Below are positions 27,343 to 36,717 of a stretch of DNA of 51,967 nt, in pieces. The position numbers were made by a program, and so were the translations under genes. The stretch spans positions 1 through 51,967 of the IMG/VR virus record IMGVR_UViG_3300013117_000053; one strand, written 5' to 3'. Under the pieces are notes generated by a model, which saw only the letters and a list, made by a program, of their open reading frames with translations, was not told the DNA's origin and ran no database searches. Source of the DNA: a virus (lineage: Duplodnaviria > Caudoviricetes). Numbering within the stretch: the first letter of the stretch is position 1; the number at the start of each line of letters is the position of its first letter.

Positions 27343-28166
27343 GTGAAGCGTAAGCGTAAAAAGAGAGTGCGTAGGAAACGAACCGAGAGGAGAACTAGAG
27401 TGATTGCAGCGAATGATGGTGTAGAGGAAGTTGTTGAAAGTAGTGATACCGGGGATGTATTTGTTGATACAGATGCGTCTGGAAAGTCGGTGGCTCCGGT
27501 AGTGACACCGGAAGAGGAGAGGCAGGCTGAGAAAGATCGTCAGAAAGAGCATGACGATAAAGTGCTTGGAGATATGTATCCCGGTGAGGGTAATCCCGGT
27601 GATGATATGCGGATTGCGGGTATCGAGATGGATACGCTATCACTCACTACTCTCAAGTGGTTGCGACGTGCAGGGTCCGGTATTATCGAAGGAAATATGC
27701 CCGAAGATATGGATGTGATTTTGCGCGAGATAGGCATGTTTTTGCTTGCTCACAATAAGGCGTTGTCGGTTGAGGCGCGTGCGAGGATATTCTTGCAGCA
27801 TAAAGATGTTGCATTCGAGATCGCTCTTGATGAGACTCTGCATGGTGTGCCGATAGCCGAATGCACGGGCCTATTCGAGAAGATTGTCGCAATGGTGGCA
27901 AGCCAGACTAGCACACTTGTGGTTCCTGTTCCTGATGAAGATCAAGAGGACAAAGCGGAGATTGAGGGAAACGTGTAGGCCCACCGTGGTTGACTTGGGT
28001 TGTGTCGATTGCGGTGGGGGAGTCAGGTAAGAACGAAGACGAGGTGATGCTGATGCCTATTCGCAAGGTGTTCGCGTATGAGCATTGTTTCTATGCGAAG
28101 AAAGGTATTCGCTGTCGCCGTCCTTCTGATGAGGAAAGTCTTGCGGATTTTCTACGTATAGGTTAG
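27343..28166 (+). CDS. Tail assembly chaperone G/GT pair: G = 27343-27978, -1 frameshift extension to 28166
   Basis: Slippery G-GGA-AAC at 27966-27972 just before the stop; -1 frame open to TAG 28166, directly before the tape measure. Confidence 0.8.
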
Positions 28167-28175
28167 TGTGTTGAT

Positions 28176-29981
28176 ATGCCTAGTACACCTCCAATCGTAA
28201 TCGCAATTTTAGGTAATACGGGTCACATACAGGCTAGTCTTGCTCAAGTGAATGCTGCGGTATCCCAGATGGGTATGCAGACTCAGGCGGGCGCAGCACA
28301 GGGCGGTAGTGCCTTGATGATGCTTACTAAGCGGGTTATTGGTCTTGCGGCAGCATACAAGATGCTTATGCTATCTCTTCGTCAGTGGCGGGAGGCTATG
28401 TCTAAGGCTGCTGAAGAAGAGAAAATTAGACTTCAATTTGAAGTGCTGCTGGGTAGTGCAAAAAAAGCACAAGAGCGGTTTGAGTACCTTGCTGAGTTTG
28501 CCGCTGTTACACCATTTCAGTTACCGGGAATTGCTAAGTCGTCTCGTATCCTTGAGGTGTTGACTAGGGGTGCTTTGTCTGCCGGTAAGGGTCTTCGTAT
28601 GGTTGGTGATGTAGCTGCGGTCACTGATGAGTCATTTGAAGATCTGGCTATGCACGTTGGTCGTGTATACACTGGTTTAATGAAGGGTTCACGGGCCGGT
28701 AGGTCGTTACGTCGGTTGCAGATGATTGGTGTACTGCCGGTTGAAGTACGGAATCAGCTTGAGAAAGCACAGAGGGCGCGTAAAAAGGGTGTAGAGGTGT
28801 GGCGTATTGCTGAGAGGGAATTGCAGAGGTATGGCGGGGGCATGAGAAAGCTAGCTCTTACGTGGTCCGGGCTATGGACTACGATTAGAGATAACATAGA
28901 CTTTGTACGTAGGGAGTTTGCTAAGCCGATTCAAACTTCGTGGAAACCAGCGCTTATTGCGATAATCAAGGGTTTAAGGGATATGCGAGATAACGCAAAG
29001 GCGATAGGTATGTGGTTTGCTCGTGGGTTTCAGGTACTTGGGGCGATTGTTAGTACTATTCGTGCTATGTCTGCGGAAGTTAGTTTAGGTGAGGTACTTG
29101 GGGCGGCTATCCTTGTAGGTATTAAGCTTGCTGGTAAGGGATTGGGTATGTTGGTTGTAGGATTCGGGAAAGCAATTGGCTTTGTGTTCAAGAAGCTTAT
29201 CAGCAAGGAGTTTTGGATAAGGATGGTTGATAGGTTTACAGGCATTCATATGGTATTGATGGGTGCTGCTTATCAATTCTCAGCAAACATGGTTGAGGCA
29301 GCTAGTTCGTTTCTTGATCCTATGTTTGCAGGTATAAAGTTCATTCGGGAGAAGCTTGTTGCCGGGGTTAAGATAGCTGCACAAACTATTTATGCTGGAT
29401 TGATGAGGGCAGTAGATGCGTTTATTGCTGGTATTCAGAAAATACCAGGAGTAGAGAAGATTTTAGGGGTGACGGGGCAGGATACTCTGAAGTTTACGCG
29501 AGAAGATCTTGGCAAAAGAATTGCTGAAGCTGAAGGTAAAATAGCTGATCAACTGCTGATTATTGCTAAGACGTGGGCAGAAACGTTGAGGCAGCAAAAG
29601 AACATAACGAAGGATGAGGTAGCTTTTACTCGTAAGTTTGGCGAGGATATCGAAGAGGCAGGACGCAATATGTTGTCTGCCGCAGGCATTGACTTGTTTT
29701 CTGACGAAGATATTATGGGGGTGTTTGAGCGGGCGTTAGCTCCGCTACGTAAACTTCGAGAAGACATGAAAAAACGTATTCCTTTGCCTGAAGAAAAGTT
29801 GTTGGCTAAGTCCGTAGGTGATAGTCTTTCTGCTATTGGTGGGGGTGGGGGCTTTTTCGGTGGTACTACGTCTGTTTTGCAGCAACAGCTTGATGAAGCT
29901 AAGAAACAGACTACTACTCTGAATGATATGAATGGTAAAATGAAGACAAATAACACGTGGGTGGTGGAGGTTATAACCTAA
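28176..29981 (+). CDS. Tape measure protein (short, 601 aa)
   Basis: FEVLLGSAKKAQE...FAAVTPFQLPGI, GDVAA, TWSGLWTTIRDN; helical and Ala/Gly-rich. Confidence 0.9.
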   Translation: MPSTPPIVIAILGNTGHIQASLAQVNAAVSQMGMQTQAGAAQGGSALMMLTKRVIGLAAAYKMLMLSLRQWREAMSKAAEEEKIRLQFEVLLGSAKKAQERFEYLAEFAAVTPFQLPGIAKSSRILEVLTRGALSAGKGLRMVGDVAAVTDESFEDLAMHVGRVYTGLMKGSRAGRSLRRLQMIGVLPVEVRNQLEKAQRARKKGVEVWRIAERELQRYGGGMRKLALTWSGLWTTIRDNIDFVRREFAKPIQTSWKPALIAIIKGLRDMRDNAKAIGMWFARGFQVLGAIVSTIRAMSAEVSLGEVLGAAILVGIKLAGKGLGMLVVGFGKAIGFVFKKLISKEFWIRMVDRFTGIHMVLMGAAYQFSANMVEAASSFLDPMFAGIKFIREKLVAGVKIAAQTIYAGLMRAVDAFIAGIQKIPGVEKILGVTGQDTLKFTREDLGKRIAEAEGKIADQLLIIAKTWAETLRQQKNITKDEVAFTRKFGEDIEEAGRNMLSAAGIDLFSDEDIMGVFERALAPLRKLREDMKKRIPLPEEKLLAKSVGDSLSAIGGGGGFFGGTTSVLQQQLDEAKKQTTTLNDMNGKMKTNNTWVVEVIT

Positions 29982-30751
29982 TGTCTTCTTATACGTTAGT
30001 AGGTAATCAACTAACTTCGTTAGTAGAGCATTACGAGAGTGAGGTTAGTGTCAGTGATACGGGAGAGGTCACTGGTACTCTTCAGTACACTGGAAAATGG
30101 CCGGGAGCATTGGAACAGGCATTAGCTCTTAGTGCTCATCCTGATTTTTCGTGGTTGCGCCGTGAGGCTGTTACGGTAAAGCGTATGGAAGCTGAGATGG
30201 CCGAAGTACGTATTACTTATAAAGGAATCGTGGATGATGGGGAAGAGAACATCACCAAAAAGTACAAGCTAAAGGCAGGTACAGTAGCCGAGCCTATTGA
30301 AACGCATCCTGACTTTGTTGTATTTGGGGGATTGCCCCCGGCTGGCAAAGCGGGTACGAACAAGAAAGGGGCTACGTTTGATGATAAAGGGGTGTTTAAG
30401 TATTTCGCGGTAGAGGACGATACGAAACCCAATATGGATTACTATCCCAATGCGAATAAGAATAAAGCGGGAGTTCGTTCGTATCTTGGTCCGAATGTCA
30501 CATACACAGAGACGGCTACTTACTCTAAAACATCTAGGGGTCAAGCAATTGCTATTATTGCTAATCTTAGACTGTGCGCAATCCAAACTCCCCCCTCTTC
30601 TGAGCTGTTGCCGAACCTAGGAGGTGACTATACGTGGCTATTGGTAGACGCTTCTTTTGATGAGGTAGGTGAGGGGATTAAAGCAGTTCGTACTTATCGT
30701 TTGTCTGGAAGCCGGGGCTGGGATCTTGATATCTATACCGATGAGAGGTAG
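29981..30751 (+). CDS. Tail tip/baseplate-proximal protein
   Basis: TAATG coupling to the tape measure; EPIETHPDF and GWDLDIY motifs. Confidence 0.65.
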   Translation: MSSYTLVGNQLTSLVEHYESEVSVSDTGEVTGTLQYTGKWPGALEQALALSAHPDFSWLRREAVTVKRMEAEMAEVRITYKGIVDDGEENITKKYKLKAGTVAEPIETHPDFVVFGGLPPAGKAGTNKKGATFDDKGVFKYFAVEDDTKPNMDYYPNANKNKAGVRSYLGPNVTYTETATYSKTSRGQAIAIIANLRLCAIQTPPSSELLPNLGGDYTWLLVDASFDEVGEGIKAVRTYRLSGSRGWDLDIYTDER

Positions 30752-30759
30752 TAGGGGTT

Positions 30760-31620
30760 ATGCCTGTACCACGAATACGGACTAATATTCCGGCAATGCA
30801 GAAAGCATTTGACGCTTTCTCTGATTATCTAAGCGAACAGGATTTTTTGCCTCGCAAGGAAGTATACTTACAGGTATCTGGCTCTAAGGGAATCACGATT
30901 AGCATGCGGTCTGATGGTGGGGCTGAGGTAGCGGTTGAACCTGATGATTTCGAGACACAGAAGACATGGCAGCTTCTTCGTATCAATGACCGGCTGTATC
31001 TTTTGCCGGGGCATGTCCATTACAAGTTGAAAGAAGAAGATACTGTCTATCAGTATGTAGAGCCGTGTATTGACGATACCTCCATCTTCGCTGACCCTCG
31101 CCCTTATTGGGATTTGCCTCTTGAGCTAAGTACTAGCTATACGGTTTACCTAGTAGTAGATGCGTGTGCCAGCCCTTGTGAGGCGTTCTTTGTGCTTTTG
31201 AAAGATACAGAGAATGTCATGGATTATGCTACGGAGGGATCACATGTTTTTGTAGTGCACACATTTGATACTACTGCGGGAGGTACGTATGGTGATGAGG
31301 GAGAGCTAACCCAAGACGGCGGATACCCGGATCTTCTCTACAACTCACAGCGGTTACAGTCTGAACCTACGATATGCTGTGAGATGCCTACTTGTGTTAG
31401 TTCATCCTCTGTGTCTTCTGTATCTGTGTTTTCTGAGTCTGTAAGTGAGCAAGTAGAGAGTGTTGAAAGTGAAGAATGTATCGAGGTGGTTACAGGGTTG
31501 TCCTGTACGGTGATTGATGATGACGGACGATGCTGTCTTGATTTAACCGTTGAATATACCGAGATATGTGGTGTTGAAGTGCGAGAATCCCGCGAGGAAG
31601 ACCTAAACTGCTGCGAGTAG
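30760..31620 (+). CDS. Tail protein with Ser-rich linker and Cys-rich C-terminus
   Basis: Synteny; ICCEMPTC-SSSS and RCC...NCCE. Confidence 0.65.
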   Translation: MPVPRIRTNIPAMQKAFDAFSDYLSEQDFLPRKEVYLQVSGSKGITISMRSDGGAEVAVEPDDFETQKTWQLLRINDRLYLLPGHVHYKLKEEDTVYQYVEPCIDDTSIFADPRPYWDLPLELSTSYTVYLVVDACASPCEAFFVLLKDTENVMDYATEGSHVFVVHTFDTTAGGTYGDEGELTQDGGYPDLLYNSQRLQSEPTICCEMPTCVSSSSVSSVSVFSESVSEQVESVESEECIEVVTGLSCTVIDDDGRCCLDLTVEYTEICGVEVRESREEDLNCCE

Positions 31621-31647
31621 TTTGAAAACTTTTCAAGCAGGTGTATT

Positions 31648-32727
31648 GTGGGCGAGTTTCACCTAAGTGTAGAGTTCACTGAAATTTGTGGTGTAGATGT
31701 GCGGGGGACACGAGAGGAGCATGTCATATGTTGCTGTTCGTCTTCTGTTTCATCGTCCTCAGTGTCTTCCTCTGTAAGTAGCCGTAGTGCTTTGTCTGAG
31801 TCGGAAGTGTCTCAATCGGTAGCCGAATCGGGGGGTAGCGAGAGTGGGAGTGTCAGCAGTCGAAGTAGTAGGAGTAGTGTTAGTAGCGAATCCTCTAGTG
31901 TATCTAGTAGTATTTCGTCTAGTAGCGAGGAGAGGATTTACCCTAACAAGTATTACTGTGTTCAAGAAGATCAATGGGACTTGACCGTCGGGGGGTGTCC
32001 TCCGGGTGTGCCAGATAATACTGTGTATAAGGTATTGCAGGGCAAAGATATCGTAGACATTTGCACGCAAGGTCCATTATTTTACTATGAGCATACAGTA
32101 CTGTCAGGGCCGTTCGATACTGCCGAAGAGGCACAACCTTGCCCCCCTTCTTTTCAGGCTGAAGAGGTTATGCTTCTTCATCCTCCTGAGTTTCCGGGGA
32201 TACCACACGATGAGTATGTGCGGCTTGCTACACTAGATGGTAAGAATGTTACCTTGCAGGGTGCTGGGAAGGCGTATGCTGGAGAGGGTTATCGAGTAGC
32301 GTGGAATGCAGATCGGTATCATTGGGAGTTATGGGATAGTGTAGGTTTTGTAGGTGAGTCTATTACGCATACTGCAAGCGATGCGGGTGGGTTGTATCGA
32401 ACAACACGGGGTGCTCGTACGCGGGGGTATAGGCAGTTTCATACGCTAAGACACGAGAAGGGATGGGAGGGGGATTTTCAGCTTGCACCGAAAGGTAGCA
32501 GACGATACCTTGGCAATCGTCAGCTAAAGAACAGGATGCGTCTTGAGTTTGCTGATCTTCGAGAGATGGACAAGTTTCTCCGTAACCTGTCGGGGTTAAT
32601 GTCTGTTGGGAAGAAGCCAGCACGGCTAAGAGTTAAACGCCGCAATCGCTCAGTACGCTATGATCGGGGGGAGAGCATCCTTGATGAGCCTAACGCCGGT
32701 ATTCATTCAGAATCCGAAAACAGCTAG
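31648..32727 (+). CDS. Cys/Ser-rich putative tail fibre or adhesin protein
   Basis: ICCC followed by a ~60-residue Ser-rich tract; same frame as the upstream gene. Confidence 0.6.
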   Translation: MGEFHLSVEFTEICGVDVRGTREEHVICCCSSSVSSSSVSSSVSSRSALSESEVSQSVAESGGSESGSVSSRSSRSSVSSESSSVSSSISSSSEERIYPNKYYCVQEDQWDLTVGGCPPGVPDNTVYKVLQGKDIVDICTQGPLFYYEHTVLSGPFDTAEEAQPCPPSFQAEEVMLLHPPEFPGIPHDEYVRLATLDGKNVTLQGAGKAYAGEGYRVAWNADRYHWELWDSVGFVGESITHTASDAGGLYRTTRGARTRGYRQFHTLRHEKGWEGDFQLAPKGSRRYLGNRQLKNRMRLEFADLREMDKFLRNLSGLMSVGKKPARLRVKRRNRSVRYDRGESILDEPNAGIHSESENS

Positions 32728-33289
32728 TACTTCTATACGCAAAGCACTACCCGGAGTAAAGACGGCATCTTTGCGGAGACACCGTACGGTACACCTACCC
32801 CTCAAACATTGGCACATTCAACGCCAAATCGAGCATGCTGAACGTCCGTGGGTATTTGGGGTAGTACGTCATCCTTTCGATAGGTTCATTTCAGCATGGG
32901 CTTATTTCAAGAAGCCACGTAAACGTACGCTAACGGATTTCTATGTACTGGAGGCTTGTTTACAGGATGGAACTATAAATGACTTTATACGCACTGTAAG
33001 TTTTGAAAAGATTTCAAAGTGGGTGCCCCACTTTAGACGACAGCAGTGGTTTTTCACGAATAGGCAGGGCAAGAGAGATGCTGTTGATCAGCTACTACGT
33101 TTTGAGAATATCGAGCATGAGTTTTCAACGTTGTGCTCGAAGCTGAGTATCCCTCCTTTTGAGTTGCCAAAGATGCGGACGACTAAGCATCCAAGGTGGC
33201 AGGATGTGTTAGGGCAGTCATCTATTAGGAAGTTATTGCGTTTCTACAAACCGGATTTTGAGAGGTACGGGTATGAGTGGGAAGCTTGA
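32684..33289 (+). CDS. Sulfotransferase (Sulfotransfer_2-like)
   Basis: FIQNPKTASTSI (5'-PSB), VVRHPFDRFISAW (3'-PB), HFRRQ, LRFENI, YKPDFERYGY; start uncertain (32660 or 32684). Confidence 0.88.
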   Translation: MSLTPVFIQNPKTASTSIRKALPGVKTASLRRHRTVHLPLKHWHIQRQIEHAERPWVFGVVRHPFDRFISAWAYFKKPRKRTLTDFYVLEACLQDGTINDFIRTVSFEKISKWVPHFRRQQWFFTNRQGKRDAVDQLLRFENIEHEFSTLCSKLSIPPFELPKMRTTKHPRWQDVLGQSSIRKLLRFYKPDFERYGYEWEA

Positions 33290-34025
33290 TCCAATACTAG
33301 TATGGCCTATCAAACCAAAAGGGGGTAGTCGCTGGGATAATAATGAATTGCGCTTCTCTTTGCGATCAGTGCAGAAGCATTGGCATACGTATAACGATAA
33401 GCCGCCGAAAGTGTTTATCCTCACTACAGTAAATGTTCCGTGGTTGAACGAAGAAGAGGTAACGCTTGTACCTGTCCGGGGATACGCAGAGGCAATTATT
33501 ACTACGTGGGAGCTAGCGCGAGAGCATACGCAATCCCACTATTATGTGTGGATGAATGATGATATTTGTTTTCTGCGAGACACTGTAGCTGAGGATCTGA
33601 TGACTGCATTGCATTTGGGCAAAATGCCTCGTCCGAAGGAGGGCGAAAAGCGAGTAAAAAATGGTTGGCGTAGGAAGCTGCATGGGGTTCGCAATAGGCT
33701 ATGGGGGATGGGGATTGAGCCACTAGACTTTTCCACGCATGATCCGTACTTGTTCAATGCAGACAGGATGGAGATAGTTGCTGGATTATTCGGTCTCCAG
33801 TACAAGACTCCGCTAGAGACTGCATACTATAATTTCTGGCGAGAGCAGATACCCCATCGGCGGGCTAAGGGTGATAGAATTGTACGTCATCGAAAAGGGC
33901 GGGGTATCCCCCTTACGTTGAATGGTGAGAGATTTTTGAATTACTCCGAGCAGGGGTGTGATGCCACAATGAAGGGTTATCTGTCTGGGATGTTTCCGTA
34001 CAAATCTCGCTACGAGAAAGGTTAG
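33273..34025 (+). CDS. Stealth-family hexose-1-phosphate transferase-like protein
   Basis: NNELRFSLRSVQKH, VPWL, WMNDDICFL, THDP motifs. Confidence 0.75.
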   Translation: MSGKLDPILVWPIKPKGGSRWDNNELRFSLRSVQKHWHTYNDKPPKVFILTTVNVPWLNEEEVTLVPVRGYAEAIITTWELAREHTQSHYYVWMNDDICFLRDTVAEDLMTALHLGKMPRPKEGEKRVKNGWRRKLHGVRNRLWGMGIEPLDFSTHDPYLFNADRMEIVAGLFGLQYKTPLETAYYNFWREQIPHRRAKGDRIVRHRKGRGIPLTLNGERFLNYSEQGCDATMKGYLSGMFPYKSRYEKG

Positions 34026-34030
34026 GGATA

Positions 34031-34480
34031 ATGACTGATACTAATTATCAGGAGCAGATGGAAAAGGACCGTCAGGAGGCCGCTGCGTGGTCTCAGGGGC
34101 ATTGGAAAGAGCTACAGCAATTGTGGGTAGATCTGCATATTTATGCTGCGCGGTTTTCGCTTTCTCCAAGTACAGAGGATGTAGATGATGCAGAGTCTTG
34201 GCTACAACAATGGTATGTCAAGTTCCCCCCGGATTGTCCGTGCATAGCGGAGTGGACCCGGATCTTAGAGGTGTGTCCGCCCCCTATAGCTAGCGGGGCA
34301 TTAGAGTTTTTTTGGTGGACTGTAGCAGCACATGATAGGGTAAACGTCTATCTGGGTAAGCGGGTATGGGCAAACAAGAGCAAAACACACCCTTTGTTAC
34401 AGCAGTTATTGGAAACCGATGAAGGGAGTCGTGCAGAGTATAAAAGGAGAATGTCTGCTCCTGCTATCAATAAGTGTTGA
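34031..34480 (+). CDS. Erv1/Alr-like FAD sulfhydryl oxidase (CxC variant)
   Basis: LWVDLH...DCPC...WWTVAAHDRVNVYLGK matches the Erv pattern W..LH/PCxxC/W...HN.VN..LGK. Confidence 0.75.
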   Translation: MTDTNYQEQMEKDRQEAAAWSQGHWKELQQLWVDLHIYAARFSLSPSTEDVDDAESWLQQWYVKFPPDCPCIAEWTRILEVCPPPIASGALEFFWWTVAAHDRVNVYLGKRVWANKSKTHPLLQQLLETDEGSRAEYKRRMSAPAINKC

Positions 34481-34487
34481 GGTGTAG

Positions 34488-35357
34488 GTGAAAGCTGTAC
34501 TGTATTTAATGCCTAGACAGGCAAAACCAGCATGGAATACTCATGTGTCTAGGGCGTGGCCTGCGTTCAAGAGAGGTATGCAACGGCACGGAGTTCAGGT
34601 GTATACTTACGTAGAGGACAGTAACCGTGCTACCCCTCCTTATGGTGATGTTGTAGTTACGATGGGGTGGAGAAAGACAAGGAATCCAGTGGTATGTGGT
34701 GCTAGAAATCTTGTACTGGACTCTGGGTATGTAGGTGCGCGGAAGGGAGCGTGTGTGTCTTTTGGGTGGGATGGGTTGAGTGGTATGGCACAGGGGATAC
34801 CGCCAATACCAGGTAGGGGTAAATTATTGCTAGGGAGAGATATGGTTCCATGGCGCGGTCGGGAGGTGCGTAATGTCCTACTAGCGGGGCAGGTGCCGGG
34901 AGATTCTGCGTTGGATGGAGTAGGGCGGTATGCTACGTGGCTTAGAGTGGTAGGGGGGGAGTTAAGAGTTGCGGGGTATCATGTATTATATCGGCCACAC
35001 CCACTTGCTCATGGTAAAATTAGACGGTCTAGAGGTAAGCGCAGAGATAGTGTGCGTAGGTTACTTGGGTTATCTGTGTCAGGTAAGCCTTTGGTGGATG
35101 ATTTGAACTGGGCAGATATGGTGGTATCGTGGAGTAGTAATACGCTTGTGGATGCAGCCATACACGGTATTCCTGTTTGTCCCTTTTCGCGTATAGCTAT
35201 GGTATGGGGGATACGTACTCCGTGGGGTATGTTTGCTACCCCTAATTTATGCGATAGGGATGGGTGGCTGGATTACGTGTGTTCTAGGCAATGGAACATA
35301 CCAGAGTTATTGTCGGGGGAGGCGTGGGATTACATACGGCAAGGAGTATACATGTGA
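34488..35357 (+). CDS. GT-B glycosyltransferase resembling capsule synthesis (KpsS/KpsC-like) family
   Basis: LAGQVPGDSA, YRPHP, WSSNTLVDAAIHGIPV, QWNIPEL.SG. Confidence 0.75.
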   Translation: MKAVLYLMPRQAKPAWNTHVSRAWPAFKRGMQRHGVQVYTYVEDSNRATPPYGDVVVTMGWRKTRNPVVCGARNLVLDSGYVGARKGACVSFGWDGLSGMAQGIPPIPGRGKLLLGRDMVPWRGREVRNVLLAGQVPGDSALDGVGRYATWLRVVGGELRVAGYHVLYRPHPLAHGKIRRSRGKRRDSVRRLLGLSVSGKPLVDDLNWADMVVSWSSNTLVDAAIHGIPVCPFSRIAMVWGIRTPWGMFATPNLCDRDGWLDYVCSRQWNIPELLSGEAWDYIRQGVYM

Positions 35358-36061
35358 GTAAGAGGGTAATATATACCTCAGCAGTGTCTAGGCACATGCC
35401 GTGGTGGGGTCGTTGGGTAAAAAAACGATTTGAGCGATACGCTACTAGGGTAGGCGCTACTTTGGTTAATTTACCATCATGTCGGCATCGTGGTAGATTA
35501 GGGAAGTACTGGGTTAAGTTCGATGCTTTTAAGAGATCGCTGGTAGTAGCAGAGCAGTATCCTGATGCACAGTTTTTATGGTTAGATGCTGATGTGATTT
35601 TGCGACCTATGAAAGTTCCAAATTTATTTGAGTTGGGGGAGGGATTATGGTCGTGTGTTTCGGATAATGGTATGAGTTATCGTCCACGGTCTTATAGGCA
35701 GAATCATTATATGTTTGGTGTTCCATTGATGGCTCCCCATCCGACTAATGCTATTATTCTGTGGGGCAAGAAAGAGGCAAGAGCTATACTACGAGAATAC
35801 GCGAACATACCCTCAGTGTTGCGAATAGAGCAGCGACTGACAGACGAGGGAGGGTTGTGCGTGTTAGCGTATAAAGCTGAGATACCTATACAGTGGGTGC
35901 CTGCGGGCTGGCATAGGATGACTAGTAAGTTTCATAGGAGTACTCAGTTTTTCCACGCGGCGGGTGGTGGCAAGATGAAGAAATGCCGTAGGGCATTGCG
36001 TATTATTCGACGGGTGAGACAGAATGAGAGGCGACGAGCGAAAATAAGAGGTAAGAGGTAA
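35354..36061 (+). CDS. GT-A glycosyltransferase (GT34/GT8-like)
   Basis: YATRVGA, WVK, LWLDADVIL DxD motif, TDEG, FFHAAG; GTG start near 35354 inferred. Confidence 0.75.
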   Translation: MSKRVIYTSAVSRHMPWWGRWVKKRFERYATRVGATLVNLPSCRHRGRLGKYWVKFDAFKRSLVVAEQYPDAQFLWLDADVILRPMKVPNLFELGEGLWSCVSDNGMSYRPRSYRQNHYMFGVPLMAPHPTNAIILWGKKEARAILREYANIPSVLRIEQRLTDEGGLCVLAYKAEIPIQWVPAGWHRMTSKFHRSTQFFHAAGGGKMKKCRRALRIIRRVRQNERRRAKIRGKR

Positions 36062-36063
36062 TT

Positions 36064-36717
36064 ATGTCTGCGCGTGTGTTGTATACTTCTGCGGGACCAG
36101 AGCTACGGTACTGGAAGATTAGTAAACCATACATTGAGCATTACGCTAATAAGGTAGGGGCAAAACTAGTAGTTATCCCAAAGACACGTAGAGTACAGCG
36201 TATGCGGGTATTGTTTGATGCTATGGAGAAATCATTGTTGTGTGAGAGCGATACTGTGTGCGCATGGGTAGATGCGGATATTATTGTACGTAGAACAGCC
36301 CCTGACATATTCGGCACACCCGACAAGTTGCTATTTTGTTCCCCAGAACCGGCTAAGCGAGTACACCCTAGATGGATTAGGGAGTATAAATCTTTTGGCG
36401 TACTCCATCCCCGTCCTTATGTTATTACAGCGATTGTACGTTGGTCTACAAGATATGCGAGACGCATCGTGTCATGGTTAGAGGTTAATGAGGGTAGCCT
36501 GCCTGACAGTATGGATGATCAATCCATATGTACGCTTGCTTGTTGGCAAATGGATATTGCGGTTGCTTATTTTCCATCTACATGGCATAAGATGCATTGG
36601 CGAGTAAAGCGAGGAACGCAATTTTTGCATGCCGCGTCAAGGAACAAAGTCAAAAACTTATGTAAGCTAGCGAAATTGGCAGACCGTAGAGATAAGATGG
36701 TATTGGGGAAGTTGTGA
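36064..36717 (+). CDS. GT-A glycosyltransferase, paralog of the upstream gene
   Basis: YANKVGA, WVDADIIV, DDQS, FLHAAS. Confidence 0.75.
   Translation: MSARVLYTSAGPELRYWKISKPYIEHYANKVGAKLVVIPKTRRVQRMRVLFDAMEKSLLCESDTVCAWVDADIIVRRTAPDIFGTPDKLLFCSPEPAKRVHPRWIREYKSFGVLHPRPYVITAIVRWSTRYARRIVSWLEVNEGSLPDSMDDQSICTLACWQMDIAVAYFPSTWHKMHWRVKRGTQFLHAASRNKVKNLCKLAKLADRRDKMVLGKL

Noticed and set aside
31537-31734. Template/variable repeat pair of a diversity-generating retroelement
   Set aside because: Differences are not adenine-specific, many are synonymous, and no reverse transcriptase is present.
31735-31930. Ser-rich tract as a DNA tandem repeat
   Set aside because: Mixed TCN and AGY codons show protein-level low complexity rather than a nucleotide repeat.
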